A stretch of 55,313 nucleotides of DNA from Asterionella formosa (Eukaryota). Position 1 is the first letter of the stretch; every line of letters starts with the position of its first letter. The stretch spans positions 1 to 55,313 of the forward strand of contig NKIB01013594.1 of assembly GCA_002256025.1 (NCBI GenBank). The letters are read 5' to 3'. The notes below the pieces were generated by a model. It worked only from the letters and a program-made list of their open reading frames with translations, was not told where the DNA came from and did not search any database. The translations under genes were made by a program, and so were the position numbers. Positions 1-10,638 of the stretch are shown here, piece by piece.

Positions 1-60
1 ATGGGCAATAGTAGGCTAAAATTGACATTTATGCTAAATTTGTGGGCAGTAGGTAAGCGA

Positions 61-341
61 ATGACGCGACGATAGCTAGAGCGGGAATTGCCTCAACAAT
101 ACCCTTCTCGGCGGCTACTTGCCTTCTCGTATACATGTGTACTCTACTGGGATGGCACTCGTAGGGTGACCTTCTCGCAGCGCCGGGGGCGCCACTCGTA
201 CGGTCAACCTACTCGCGCCACCCAGCCTCGAACACATGTATACTCGCAGGCAAGAGACCACCTCGGGCTTGTATTGCCTTCAGTAATTCTTGATGAAGTT
301 CTACATAAGGCAAGAAATTAGTAGCCATCGTACGGCGACAT
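61..341 (-). ncRNA. Rod-like structured RNA element with periodic tandem G.A pairs (core hairpin 85-289, outer stem 61-78/322-341)
   Basis: Complementary arms include gtatacatgtgt 129-140/acacatgtatac 232-243, cttgcct 118-124/aggcaag 248-254, caatac 97-102/gtattg 271-276 and gtagggtgacc/ggtcaacctac. Nine exact CTCG motifs fall opposite one another. G.A and G.U pairings favour the minus strand. Confidence 0.7.
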
Positions 342-575
342 ATGTATGTGTACAGTTCTCCACCTCCAGGACATCTACGACCTAGAAAAACCCGAACAAA
401 AGATTGTCATGCTGAGCCGATGAGATTGGATACGATGGCTGGTGATGACTTTTGTTATCGCTTTCTTATTATATAGTGTAGCTAATATATGTACGTATGT
501 TCGATTATATTTCCATGAACTCTGATCTCGTGCTGGATCCTGCTCAGGGTACTTACCTTTTGAACCCTTAGCCAT
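209..575 (-). CDS. Putative 5' end of an unannotated spliced gene: exon 1 575-557 (MAKGSK), intron 556-382, 63-aa ORF ending at TAG 211-209; alternative acceptor at 16 continues out of the window
   Basis: ATG at 575, consensus donor AAG|GTAAGT at 557/556, T-rich acceptor TTTTTCTAG at 382, second acceptor AATTTTAG at 16 giving in-frame MAKGSKAYYCP. No homology recognised. Confidence 0.4.
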
Positions 576-3500
576 GACGGAACCGAGAGAAATGCTCCAA
601 GAAGAGACCTCATTTCATGATTGGTTGGCGATCGGGGAAATTGATTGCGCCCTCGCCGAGGGTCAACGAAATCCAAAGGAGGAAATCAGTCGATTGCCAC
701 TCTTTCTCCGCCTCTTGTCCGCTTCACAACCTCTGGCTGCGATTCCGGTCCTCCTTCCTAATCAGGTTTCGAGAAAACAAGAAATGTCTTCCGACCCGCT
801 ACTTGACAGTGTTGTATCCAAGCTAGAAGATGTGGCAGCAATGTACTCGGAAGCAGAGGGTATTGATGCGTTGACTGCGTGTCATGCACCGAACTTGACT
901 CGACGACTTTCGAAAGTAACACCTCTCAAGCGCAAACAAGGTGGATGGCTAACGTCGGAGTTGACTTCCACTGGTGGGCTTCAAAAGAAGCGTCGTCTTT
1001 CGAACGAAGTACACTACAACACTGCGTCTGAAAGCGACGATGACATGGTGATTGACGCTGATATCCAGACACCATTTGAGGAATTGCCGCGAGAAGCCGC
1101 TGATGCTGGTAATTCTATTCCGAATAATAATTTAATAAAAGAAATTGGAAAGTTGCATCGCAAATCAGATGCCACAATGTTGAAGGAAGACTCGCAGGAG
1201 GCGTTGGTTTCAAAAATCCTGCAGGAGTTGACTGGACTAGTTGTGGACGCTTTGAAAAACCCCGCACTCGACGACGACGGCAACCCAGTTGCACTGAAAA
1301 GTAAAGCTGACTCCATATTGGCTGAAGCTGATGCAACTGGTGTCGGGCCTACTCTTGCTGCATTGATGTATCATCTTCCTGTGCTTCGGCATGAACATGT
1401 TGCAAATTCTTTTTGCCGAACAAATTTGCCACAAGCTCCAGTATTTTTGCTCAGAATGGGGCAGAACTGCCCAGCGGCGGTACCTGCTATGATTAGAGGA
1501 TGTATCGCTGCTGTTAAGGAGTCTCCTACCACTGTGAAAACGTGTCTACGAAGTCTGGCTGGTTTGTCCAAACGAGAAGCATATCGTGTTCGATCCGCGT
1601 TGCAGAAACCAAATTTACTTGTCGACCTTCAATTGGAGATTGCACTTGATCACGATGCAGCTGGAGTGGCATGTATACTGAACCGGGAGTTGGAAGACAT
1701 GAAGGAATTTTGGGATCATGGCGATGCCACGCAAGATGTGCCAGTCCGAGTCAGTTCCGAGGGTGTTCTTAGGATGTCCGCTACTGGACGCCGGCAGTCG
1801 GCATATGCAGGAAGGCGACACTCGTCAACAAGCATTGAAATCGTTGAAGGAATGTCAAAAACTTTTGCAACCATCTTGAAGGAAAATTCTGCTCTCACCG
1901 TTCGGACGTATGAAAAGGTGTTGGACGAGGTTCAAATTGGTGGACAAGGCCGACGAATCATGTTCTTGCGAGCATTAACGTGGCTACTTTATAAAGTAGG
2001 AGGCACGTTCAATTTGAAAAAAGTTGCAACTGTTTTGAAAGAGGTTGGAAAGGATCATGGCTACTTTCCGTTGCAACTTTCCACTTCCCTGCTTCTATGT
2101 GCACGAGCGGTCGTTGCCGAGGGAATAACTGATCATGTTCGCACGTCATGTCAACGCCTGTTTTTTAACCTTATTTCTGAACGCGACATTTCATTACGAA
2201 GTAAAATTTTCGTGAGTCAAATGGCGAGTTTTATTCATTCGCATGATGTACAAGATTTGAGTTCTCTTATCGTTCACGTCATGAAAGGTAAAGAACCAGA
2301 TATGAGTGCGGAAATGGAGGTCGGTCTGAGCAAAATGTGCATTTGGACAGTTTCCAATGTAGATTTGATCAAATTTATCGAAAATGGCTTGACAGAGGAA
2401 GCGATTCTGGAGGACTCGTCAGCCTTGATGTGTGCAATATCCCGCCAGCACTTGTCAACAGTAGAAAATACAATCAAGTCAATATTTCGCTGCCCGGACA
2501 AGTGTTTCCACCTTCTCGCTCAGCTTTCTGTCATCAAATTGATACAAGAGGTAGCGGTGGTCAATCACAAGATTGGCACGATTCCTCTTGTCCTCCCAAT
2601 GGATCTAGAGAGCCTTTCCAGAAAGATTGATTTCTGTGCCAGGCCCTTAGCTCCCTGCCATGCCCAATTTTTGCTCCAATTTGCATATTGCTTGTGCATG
2701 ACCGAGAATAATCCTGATTCTCCATTCAGCGTTGAGCCAAGAGAATTCCCCGCAAATGAGGTGTTGGAGTTGTGTAAAATGAGATCAGAGTTGCTAGGTT
2801 TGAATGGCTTAGAGTGTTTTTTCCGACTTACTTTCTCCAGGATTTGTCCAGAAGTTTTGGTCGGTGTTGAGGTATACACGACAGGTCCATCACATGTAGA
2901 AGTGCCGACAAATTCGCGACATAAGATGATGTCCATGATTTCGAAATCAATAACGATGTGCGCAGAAGATTCAAATTTCGATCCATCTGGAACTGAGGCA
3001 GAGAGATTGTTTTTATCTGGAAAACGAAGGTTTCCCGCCATCGATGTCGACTCAATAGCAGTCAAAGCTCTTCTCACGACAACAAATTCACCCTCTTTAT
3101 ATCTTACGAACTCAATGTTGATCCGTGATCCCCTCGTCCTGTTCCGTTGCCCAGTGTTGGTGTGGAAGAAACAGGGCTTGCGTCGGATTATATTAGTAAT
3201 TCTCCAGCGACTTTTACAAGCGAATGCCTATGCGGTATCACATACATCACAAACCGAAGAAGTGGCTGAGGAACTCTTAGCCTCTAGAGACTCTGTGGTT
3301 ATAAGGTGTCTGCTTGTCCTGTCCAGCGGAAGGGAAGAGCGTATGAAGGCTTTGCACTGTTCTCGTGTCACAAGTATGATCCGATCGATACTATCGAAAC
3401 GCCAAGGACTCGTGACGGCTCTGGCGAAGCAAGGACATTTGACGGACTGCGCAGTTGATTTCCTCGTCGATTTCGTACCCGAGATTATCAACGATGCTGG

Positions 3501-3975
3501 TGCGCTAACATCGCTCCTTTCCGAAAGAAGTCCGCTCACAGCAGCAGAAAGGTTGAGAATGGCCGATGTTGCTCTGCGAATCGCAATTGCCCACGGTTCC
3601 AAGAATGAACAAGAAGCTAAGAATCTAGCATATGCAGCTCTTACCCAGCTAACGTTGTCCTTCTTCCTGGTCATTGGTCCGGTTGGTGTACCTGTCAATG
3701 TAATGATCGAAGAGTCCGGAAACGATGTAACGCTAGTGTGCCGAAGTGCTGCCCACCGTATGCTGGACGCCTTACAAAAAGTTCGGGGCGATCGAGCAGG
3801 GTTAAGGAATGAATGCGCCAATGCATTGCAGAAGCTTGCTGGAATGTGCAAAGGAGATAATATTATGAGTGGAGTAGGAGGTTCGGCTGCTCAATCTCGA
3901 AAGAAAGTGCTTAAGCAAATCTGGGAGAGCATTACAAAAGCCTGCAATGCCATGGCCACTGGAGTGCAAATCTAG
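574..3975 (+). CDS. INTS2: Integrator complex subunit 2-like protein (start may be ATG 592)
   Basis: 1133-aa helical ORF. C-terminal RDPLVLFRC...EELLASRDSVVIRCLL...KQG...DFVPEII resembles the conserved INTS2 motifs DPLIVLRC, LLAAQDSAAVQILL, FQG and DFIPELI. Confidence 0.75.
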   Translation: MTEPREMLQEETSFHDWLAIGEIDCALAEGQRNPKEEISRLPLFLRLLSASQPLAAIPVLLPNQVSRKQEMSSDPLLDSVVSKLEDVAAMYSEAEGIDALTACHAPNLTRRLSKVTPLKRKQGGWLTSELTSTGGLQKKRRLSNEVHYNTASESDDDMVIDADIQTPFEELPREAADAGNSIPNNNLIKEIGKLHRKSDATMLKEDSQEALVSKILQELTGLVVDALKNPALDDDGNPVALKSKADSILAEADATGVGPTLAALMYHLPVLRHEHVANSFCRTNLPQAPVFLLRMGQNCPAAVPAMIRGCIAAVKESPTTVKTCLRSLAGLSKREAYRVRSALQKPNLLVDLQLEIALDHDAAGVACILNRELEDMKEFWDHGDATQDVPVRVSSEGVLRMSATGRRQSAYAGRRHSSTSIEIVEGMSKTFATILKENSALTVRTYEKVLDEVQIGGQGRRIMFLRALTWLLYKVGGTFNLKKVATVLKEVGKDHGYFPLQLSTSLLLCARAVVAEGITDHVRTSCQRLFFNLISERDISLRSKIFVSQMASFIHSHDVQDLSSLIVHVMKGKEPDMSAEMEVGLSKMCIWTVSNVDLIKFIENGLTEEAILEDSSALMCAISRQHLSTVENTIKSIFRCPDKCFHLLAQLSVIKLIQEVAVVNHKIGTIPLVLPMDLESLSRKIDFCARPLAPCHAQFLLQFAYCLCMTENNPDSPFSVEPREFPANEVLELCKMRSELLGLNGLECFFRLTFSRICPEVLVGVEVYTTGPSHVEVPTNSRHKMMSMISKSITMCAEDSNFDPSGTEAERLFLSGKRRFPAIDVDSIAVKALLTTTNSPSLYLTNSMLIRDPLVLFRCPVLVWKKQGLRRIILVILQRLLQANAYAVSHTSQTEEVAEELLASRDSVVIRCLLVLSSGREERMKALHCSRVTSMIRSILSKRQGLVTALAKQGHLTDCAVDFLVDFVPEIINDAGALTSLLSERSPLTAAERLRMADVALRIAIAHGSKNEQEAKNLAYAALTQLTLSFFLVIGPVGVPVNVMIEESGNDVTLVCRSAAHRMLDALQKVRGDRAGLRNECANALQKLAGMCKGDNIMSGVGGSAAQSRKKVLKQIWESITKACNAMATGVQI

Positions 3976-4217
3976 TCCCTATTGTTACCGTGCAGTGCGA
4001 CGAACAAAGTAACAATTTTTATGATTCGTATTCAACATCCTTAAAAAGGCTGGGTCTGCCTATAAGTATAAGTAACTTCCCTTTGTCGTTAACAACGTTG
4101 CATCCACCTTGCTACAAAACCTGATGCTTGGACAATATTATAAATCGAGTCCTCCTTGGATCTACAGTTATGCTATTTGTGAGATAGAGGATGCAATCGC
4201 AAGTGGAACCGTAATTT

Positions 4218-4979
4218 CTAAACGCCGAAAATTGCTTCGTTCGCCTTAGCCATGGCCAGCTTTCCCACACGGGTTGAGCACACATGGGACAAACGAAGTA
4301 AGTAAATGGCAACGTCGGCAAGCTCTTGCCCAACTTTATCCAACTCATCATCCGTCAAGACACACTTCCCGTCACCCTTCCATTGGAAGATCTCAGCCAG
4401 CTCACCGAATTCTCCATTCAAGGCCAAGATCAGGTTTCTAGGAGTATGAAATCTGTCCCATAATCTGTCGGTAGAAAACTTGTTGATCATGGCCGAAATG
4501 TCGTCGATGGACTGTAGTTGGTCGTCAAGTACTCCTTCTTTGATTGTTGATTGACCTTCGTCCTTAGTGATGCCGGTTTCTTTCGAATATTTTGTGTATT
4601 TTCCAGCCTTGCCCTTGCATAGGTCTACAGGATACTTCCGTGCGTTGAGTTGAACCTTCTTGAGGATGCAGCTTCGCAAGTCCAGGTTGCAACTTGATCC
4701 AGTCAAACAGATAGCCCAAAGCACGTTACTCATGGCGGATTGAATCAAAGGATGAGCTTCAAACGGATGTGATGACTCAAGGAAGCATTCTTCTTCAAGG
4801 TTAGTCAGTACCTCCCGTGTGGGATCGGGAGGAGCATTGGTGAAGAAGGATCCTGAGAGGGTGCCGATCTGAACGCTCAGATTCAGAATTTGACTTCTCG
4901 TCGATTGATTTTGTGAAGGAAGAGATTGAAGATAGCTTCTCGCAAGGTTTTGCAAGGTGTCAAAGGTGACGGCTGCCAT
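4218..4979 (-). CDS. DCTPP1: dCTP pyrophosphatase 1-like (MazG family), internally duplicated
   Basis: WDRFHTPRNLILALNGEFGELAEIFQWK...QELADVAIYLLRL motif, plus KKVQLNARKYP tail motif in the N-terminal half. Confidence 0.88.
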   Translation of the reverse strand: MAAVTFDTLQNLARSYLQSLPSQNQSTRSQILNLSVQIGTLSGSFFTNAPPDPTREVLTNLEEECFLESSHPFEAHPLIQSAMSNVLWAICLTGSSCNLDLRSCILKKVQLNARKYPVDLCKGKAGKYTKYSKETGITKDEGQSTIKEGVLDDQLQSIDDISAMINKFSTDRLWDRFHTPRNLILALNGEFGELAEIFQWKGDGKCVLTDDELDKVGQELADVAIYLLRLSHVCSTRVGKLAMAKANEAIFGV

Positions 4980-7260
4980 TATTGTGCGAATGATGTGAGT
5001 TCGGATAGGCCGAGGTTGTCAGCAATCATAACTTGTATTTTATCAAATAATTATATTGTCCGCCCGAACAATCAGAATCGCGAGTATACCGGTAATAGCA
5101 CATCAAACCGATACTCTTTTTTTCATTTCTATATGCTTCGTCACGACTTCTATATATGTATAGATAGATATAGATACCTATATAAATTTATAAAAATATG
5201 TATCATAAATTTTGAATACAATTATTTATAGTTATAGATGAGGATCTACAAACAATATTATAGAATGGCGCACCCGAGATCGTTGTACCGGTACTGATGC
5301 ACGCGGTAAGCCAGGTACCGGTATGCCAGCTTACCGGTAATTACACTCTGGTCGTCGTGAACTGTAGTCCTCGTGACGGACGGAAATTTTGCCCCAGCAT
5401 GTCTGGTACGGGAATGTTATATAAACCAATGGTGGCTTTTTAAAGAATAAATCATCATCATTTCTTCACTATCTTCTAGAGTCGAATTTTTTTGCATTTC
5501 TTGGCCCTCCTTTTGATGGCTGAACCTCCATTGTTGATGGTACTAGGTAACGTGTTGCCAAAGTGAGCTCGTCATCTACGTAGTTATGACTCACAGTCAA
5601 CTGAGTCGACTTTTGATGTACCTAGCTCTGATCAGAACCACATGATATTATTCTGTTATAATGAGCTGGACAATTTAGACTATTTGGAAGACTGATAGTT
5701 TGAATCAAGCGATCAATGGTTATAAACCAGTGATCAATAAGTATGAGATAGACATGGGTCTATCTATGAATTTATGTTCTCACAAATGCAAACAGCATTT
5801 TGAGAAATAGTTTGTTTGATTACTCAAACTAAACAAACCTAACTAGTTTGCTTAGTATCTCACAATAAGAATCTAGAAACAAAAGATAAACAAATGTCTC
5901 TCTATCTGTGGTCTTCTTGTCTAACGATGGGCAGATCTATCAAATAAAAGGTAATGCTTTGACACCATGCACTATATTTGAGGTTACATGGACCAGGTAT
6001 ACCAGGTAGAGTACCTTGTACCAGTAATATAAGTAGTCATGTTCATGTGTAATAATGTATAATACCAGTGCAGGCAATAAAATGAAGCAAGCATGTCCAG
6101 TTAATCAGTTATGATTTGTACAGGAAAATTTCAATCGGGTTGATTGTTGGTGGTTCTTCGCTGCCTATCTTTGTAGAGGAATTTTTATGCCTGACATGGA
6201 ACTTGATGTACCATGTAGACAACAGATAAAAGTTTTTTTATTAAAAAATTGATATGGAGTCTTGAAGATTTGGGAATTCGCTTCTCTCACATGAAGAATG
6301 ATCAGGATGGATCAAAAGCTACTACAAGCCCAGGTGAGTGAACACAAATCCTGAAGACTTCGCTGTGTGGCCAATCACTGCTTTGTTTGCATACATGCAT
6401 GAGTGTTTACCCAGATATTCTCCAAAAATCCTGAAGGGCCTGGAAATTAAGAGTATTTTTTAGAAAGATACTCAAGCAAACTTTCACGAAGCAACAGGGC
6501 AACTTTTTCATAGCTATGACATTGATGAAATAGGCACCCATACTAGCAAATGAAAAGGTGCAATAACTTTTGCCTCCAGGTGATTTTTAGCAAACTCCTC
6601 AAGTGAATATTCTAGCTAGTTAGCTTCAGAGATGTTTATATGCTGTATAAGAAAGCATACTACCATTATATTGCTAGCATTTCATCTGGCTTACCGATAC
6701 TCTCAGCTTGGTTTGCTGTTTCTGAACCAAATTTTTGAGTGAAATGATCATTTGATGATAGTGCCATGCATGACCAGCTAATTGTTGATGGAAATGTTCT
6801 TGCTCTCCTATAGGTCTTGTTTGGCGATATCGTGCTTTGTACACAAGTTGTTCTTGCTGCTCTACAAGAATGAGTAGATCTTGCTTGTTTCATGTATCAC
6901 ATCGAGAATCTACAAAAAGTCAGGAAGTGCAATTCATTATCAATGCATTTTGCAGTAGTATTGCAGACATGAAATGAAATCGCAGAACTTTCAAATTAGA
7001 TTTTTGTTTGTCAATTGAAAATATTTGTTGCAATTACATTGACAGACATTCCTCTATGTATGTCGCTCACCTTGATACCATAGATGAGAGCAAATGAGAG
7101 AGGAATTTCTCTAAATCAGTTTTGAATTGCTGAGAGATGTGCAATGACTCCCAACTGCAATTGGCTTGGTATTTGGTCGATGCAGTGGAGATGCTCTAAA
7201 TAGTAGACTACCTCATGGAATTGTAGTTGCCATACATTACACATGATCATGGTACCGGTA

Positions 7261-7862
7261 CCAGTAAAAAACTGCATTGACCCACTAGGAAAAATTTCGA
7301 ACTGCATTGACCCACTGACGGTATAAAAAACACGTTTTGTTATGAAAAATCATTCATTTTCTATTTCTTAAGCTCCAGAATGTATCTTGTGCATATACCG
7401 GATGGAGTCATACTGTTAGTTCTCAACCGATTGGACGTCGATCTTTCGTTAATTTAGGTCAAAAGTGACGATCGGAAAAAAGTGAAAAGCACGGATTATC
7501 CCAAGTTTTTACTTTGTCAATTCTCACTGTTTCTTAATTATAAGATTAAACTAAAACTAAGTTTCAATCCCATTCATCACACTTCGAGAACCTGTTCTTC
7601 GTTTTCCCTTTTCGTTGATGTAAACCTTCTTCTGATTGATCTAAGACATCAATCTTGTTAGCAAGCTTCTTGACATGGGAACGCACCATTTGACTCATTG
7701 GACTATAGTCGAGTCCACAGTCCTTGTGACTCATTATAGCCATTGATGCTATATTCTTGACACAATACTTCCGAACAGATTTCAGAGAGAGGGGAGCTAA
7801 ATGTTAGTCGAACTAATCAAACGAATGGGATAAAAGAGTGGGTCAATGCAGCTTTTTACTGG
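7261..7862. mobile_element. 602-bp MITE with 26-bp TIRs and TA target-site duplication (Tc1/mariner-like)
   Basis: ccagtaaaaaactgcattgacccact 7261-7286 versus reverse complement of 7837-7862 (25/26 match); TA at 7259-7260 and 7863-7864; subterminal direct repeat at 7270 and 7300. Confidence 0.85.
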
Positions 7863-8496
7863 TACCAGTACCTGGTACTTGCGCATACATGGGCGGTATA
7901 GCATGTTGATGTGTTATGTATTATCTACAGCATACCGGTATGCAAATGATCTACCAGTAGTGAACTACTTAGACTGCTTAAACCCGGCATTTCAAATCTG
8001 TGGGAAATCGTCCACATTTTTCCGTCCAGTTGAGGCTGTTGGTGCTGGTGCTGCTACTGGTAGTCTACTGGTACCAGTACCAGTATATACCGCCTGCAAG
8101 TGCGTTGTGGTAATTTTGCTGAACCAAAGAGTTACTAGCTCCTATTCTCTCAGCAGATTACTATCAGTAAAGTGTTTGTTTAAGGTTGCGGCCCCGGCGA
8201 AACCCTAGTTTGAAGAAAAAATCGCTAGGGTTGTAAAATTGACGAGGAACAGAGAATTTGTTTCTGTGTATTCCCCCATGATGATGCAAGTACCTGTTTG
8301 AATGTTTAAACAAGTAGAAAATGGCGCCACATTGACAGAGTTCCTTTTCAAAAAGAATGGAGACATTCATATTATATCTAAATTGCTCAATTTAGATATA
8401 TTTTTACTCCCCACCAGAACACATGTATAGACTCTAGTTATATACCTCGAGCATATTTGAGCAACAAAATAACGTCGAACAACGCAACAATCAACC

Positions 8497-8943
8497 ATGA
8501 GTTCTATTGGATCGCCCCTATTAGTGAATGCCAATCCTCTTCCATTTAATCATGTTCCGTGCCCTACTTGTGTTGATCATGTCATTGACGAATCAGAAGT
8601 AGCAGGCTGTGGGAATTGCATCTTCTGCCAATGCTGTGACTTTGCATGCCCAGAGTGTCAATGTCAATGGGACAAGATGGAGGAGTTAGTTGAGCATTAC
8701 ATGGAAACAGACTTGGTTCAGCTTCGACTTGATGAAGATGCTATCACGCCAGGTCAAGGAAGAAACCTTATATATAAGTTTCTGGTCAAGACATTCTGTG
8801 GTTCACTTGGGAGAGGCATCCGCATGGAACTTCCAGATTGTTGTCTGAAGGGGGTTCGGTCGCTTCTCAAGAATAAGGATCCTAAAGAAAAGTACACTGG
8901 TTGTCAACCAGTATCTAAAAGGATTAAACGAAGTAGCAAATGA
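8497..8943 (+). CDS. KolX-like accessory protein (P2X7 C-terminal ballast-like domain), Cys-rich
   Basis: RNLIYKFLVKTFCGSLGRGIRMELPDCCLKGVRSLLKNKDPKEKYTG fits the ballast pattern R..Y...G.LG.G.R..LP.C...R...Y.G; N-terminal CxxC clusters; ATG start and no stops. Confidence 0.75.
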   Translation: MSSIGSPLLVNANPLPFNHVPCPTCVDHVIDESEVAGCGNCIFCQCCDFACPECQCQWDKMEELVEHYMETDLVQLRLDEDAITPGQGRNLIYKFLVKTFCGSLGRGIRMELPDCCLKGVRSLLKNKDPKEKYTGCQPVSKRIKRSSK

Positions 8944-9199
8944 ATGTTTGTCATCTATTAATTTTATTTGTTTACATTTGAAGTCGTCATTACATTTTTG
9001 AAAATATTCTATCATGATACTATCATAGTTATAATGGATACCATTGCATCATATAATTAATTAAACATGGTCATATGATGTGTATACTTTTGTCATGCAT
9101 CTATCTTAGCATGATCGTAATTCTCATCGATATCACTGTCTAAAATAGGATGAAATTAATCGAAATTTAGAACTATATTTAAGAATGGTTTTATGTTGC

Positions 9200-10606
9200 T
9201 TTCTATATCTTGAGTGGCTACAAAATGTTCTACAATGCTCTCATCGCAATGATTGGTGCTTCAGCTTTCACTTTCACTTCCACATTCCCCCCAATCCAAT
9301 TCTGAAGGTTGTTGTAGTAGTGCTGGTTGCCTTGCCGTTGTTCCCCTGCTTTGTTCCATTTACTCCTGACGGATCTGAGTTTGCATTCACGCACTATTGA
9401 ATCCGTTTCGTTGTTCCAATCAGCCATACTAACAAAGAGAAGCAATTCATTGTTAGCTAGCTGTTCATGTTTTGCTTACACAACAACATGCATTTCGCTT
9501 TTATCTTCACTTACCACAAATTGAGGAAGCAACTGATGCATATTTCTGTAGAAGAATGTGTCAGTTGAAGATTGACTGAGAAAGTTTCGATCAATAAATG
9601 GGCTCCAACTCTGCTCTTGTTTGTAACTTACAAATACTGTTTGTCTACCATTATCCTGAAAGAGGCAACACATCTGTGTTAATTTTTCTAAAAGTAGTAG
9701 ATTGATCCAAAGATGGCTGATAGCACTTACCGATTTCTTTTGTCCACATTGATGGTTGGCCAGGCACCAAATCGAAAAAGAGTCATTGAATCACTGAAAG
9801 GGGACGAGTCATTCCGTATTTGTAATCCCAGCAATTTATCATCCTGGCATTTGCTCTTGACAAACCGTGATGCTATGCACAGCTTGTTGATTCAGCCCTT
9901 CTCCATCATATTCACTCATTCTTAGCCGCATGGGTGCTGTATTGTCACTTCAGTTTTTCGCATCATGTGTTGCTTGAGATCCTTCATTTGAGGAAGTGGA
10001 TGCAGCATGACAAGAAACATGAAAGGCATTTGCTCTTGCCTTAAAGAAAAGATCTCAGGAGCAGCGCGTTGACTGCATGTTTATCCTTAAGCGATGACGC
10101 CCCACCTAAGGGGACCTGTTTCATAAAGAATGACTTCAGTGTCTGGCCATTCTATTCCTGGAGAATGAGCCTCTTGAAATCCTTTGCTCGATTATATGCC
10201 GCCTTTTCATGATCTTTTGGAAAGATCATGATAGGTTTGCCTTTTGCAGCATATTCTGCATCCAGCATTAAGCAGTTGCCAGAGGCATCCACTGATTCCA
10301 GCATAAAGATTCTGAACATGGTAGAAGAGATAAGGGTGTGACGACCTCTGTGAATTCATTCATCAGCATAGTATGGCATGTTGTTAGAAGCCAAGTTTGA
10401 ATTGAATAATATTGTGCTATAGACTCACAGTCTTCTTTGGTGGCAGAGTTCAGAGCATTATACCCAACAAGAGCCACCATCAAGGTCTCCGAGATTGACT
10501 CTCAGCATTCAATTCTTACTTTCGGAGTCTCAAACTTCATCATGGGATGGTGGATCATTCTTAGTAGGACCATTAGCAGCAATTGAAACAGGAGGAGGTG
10601 CAGCCG

Positions 10607-10638
<32 letters not shown>

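Noticed and set aside
85..547. SECIS, TPP riboswitch, SRP RNA or U3 as identity of the structured region
   Set aside because: No apical AA loop 11-14 bp above a single GA quartet, no TPP core motifs in order, no SRP helix-8 motif, no U3 boxes
549..560. TACTTACCT resembling the U1 snRNA 5' end
   Set aside because: No U1 stem-loops or Sm site follow; better explained as a minus-strand splice donor
2565..3851. Long antisense ORFs (170 and 207 aa) within INTS2, and similar ones inside other genes
   Set aside because: Shadow ORFs with no recognisable domains
5400..7200. AT-rich stretch with short broken ORFs
   Set aside because: Probably decayed repeat DNA, but no termini or protein motif could be supported
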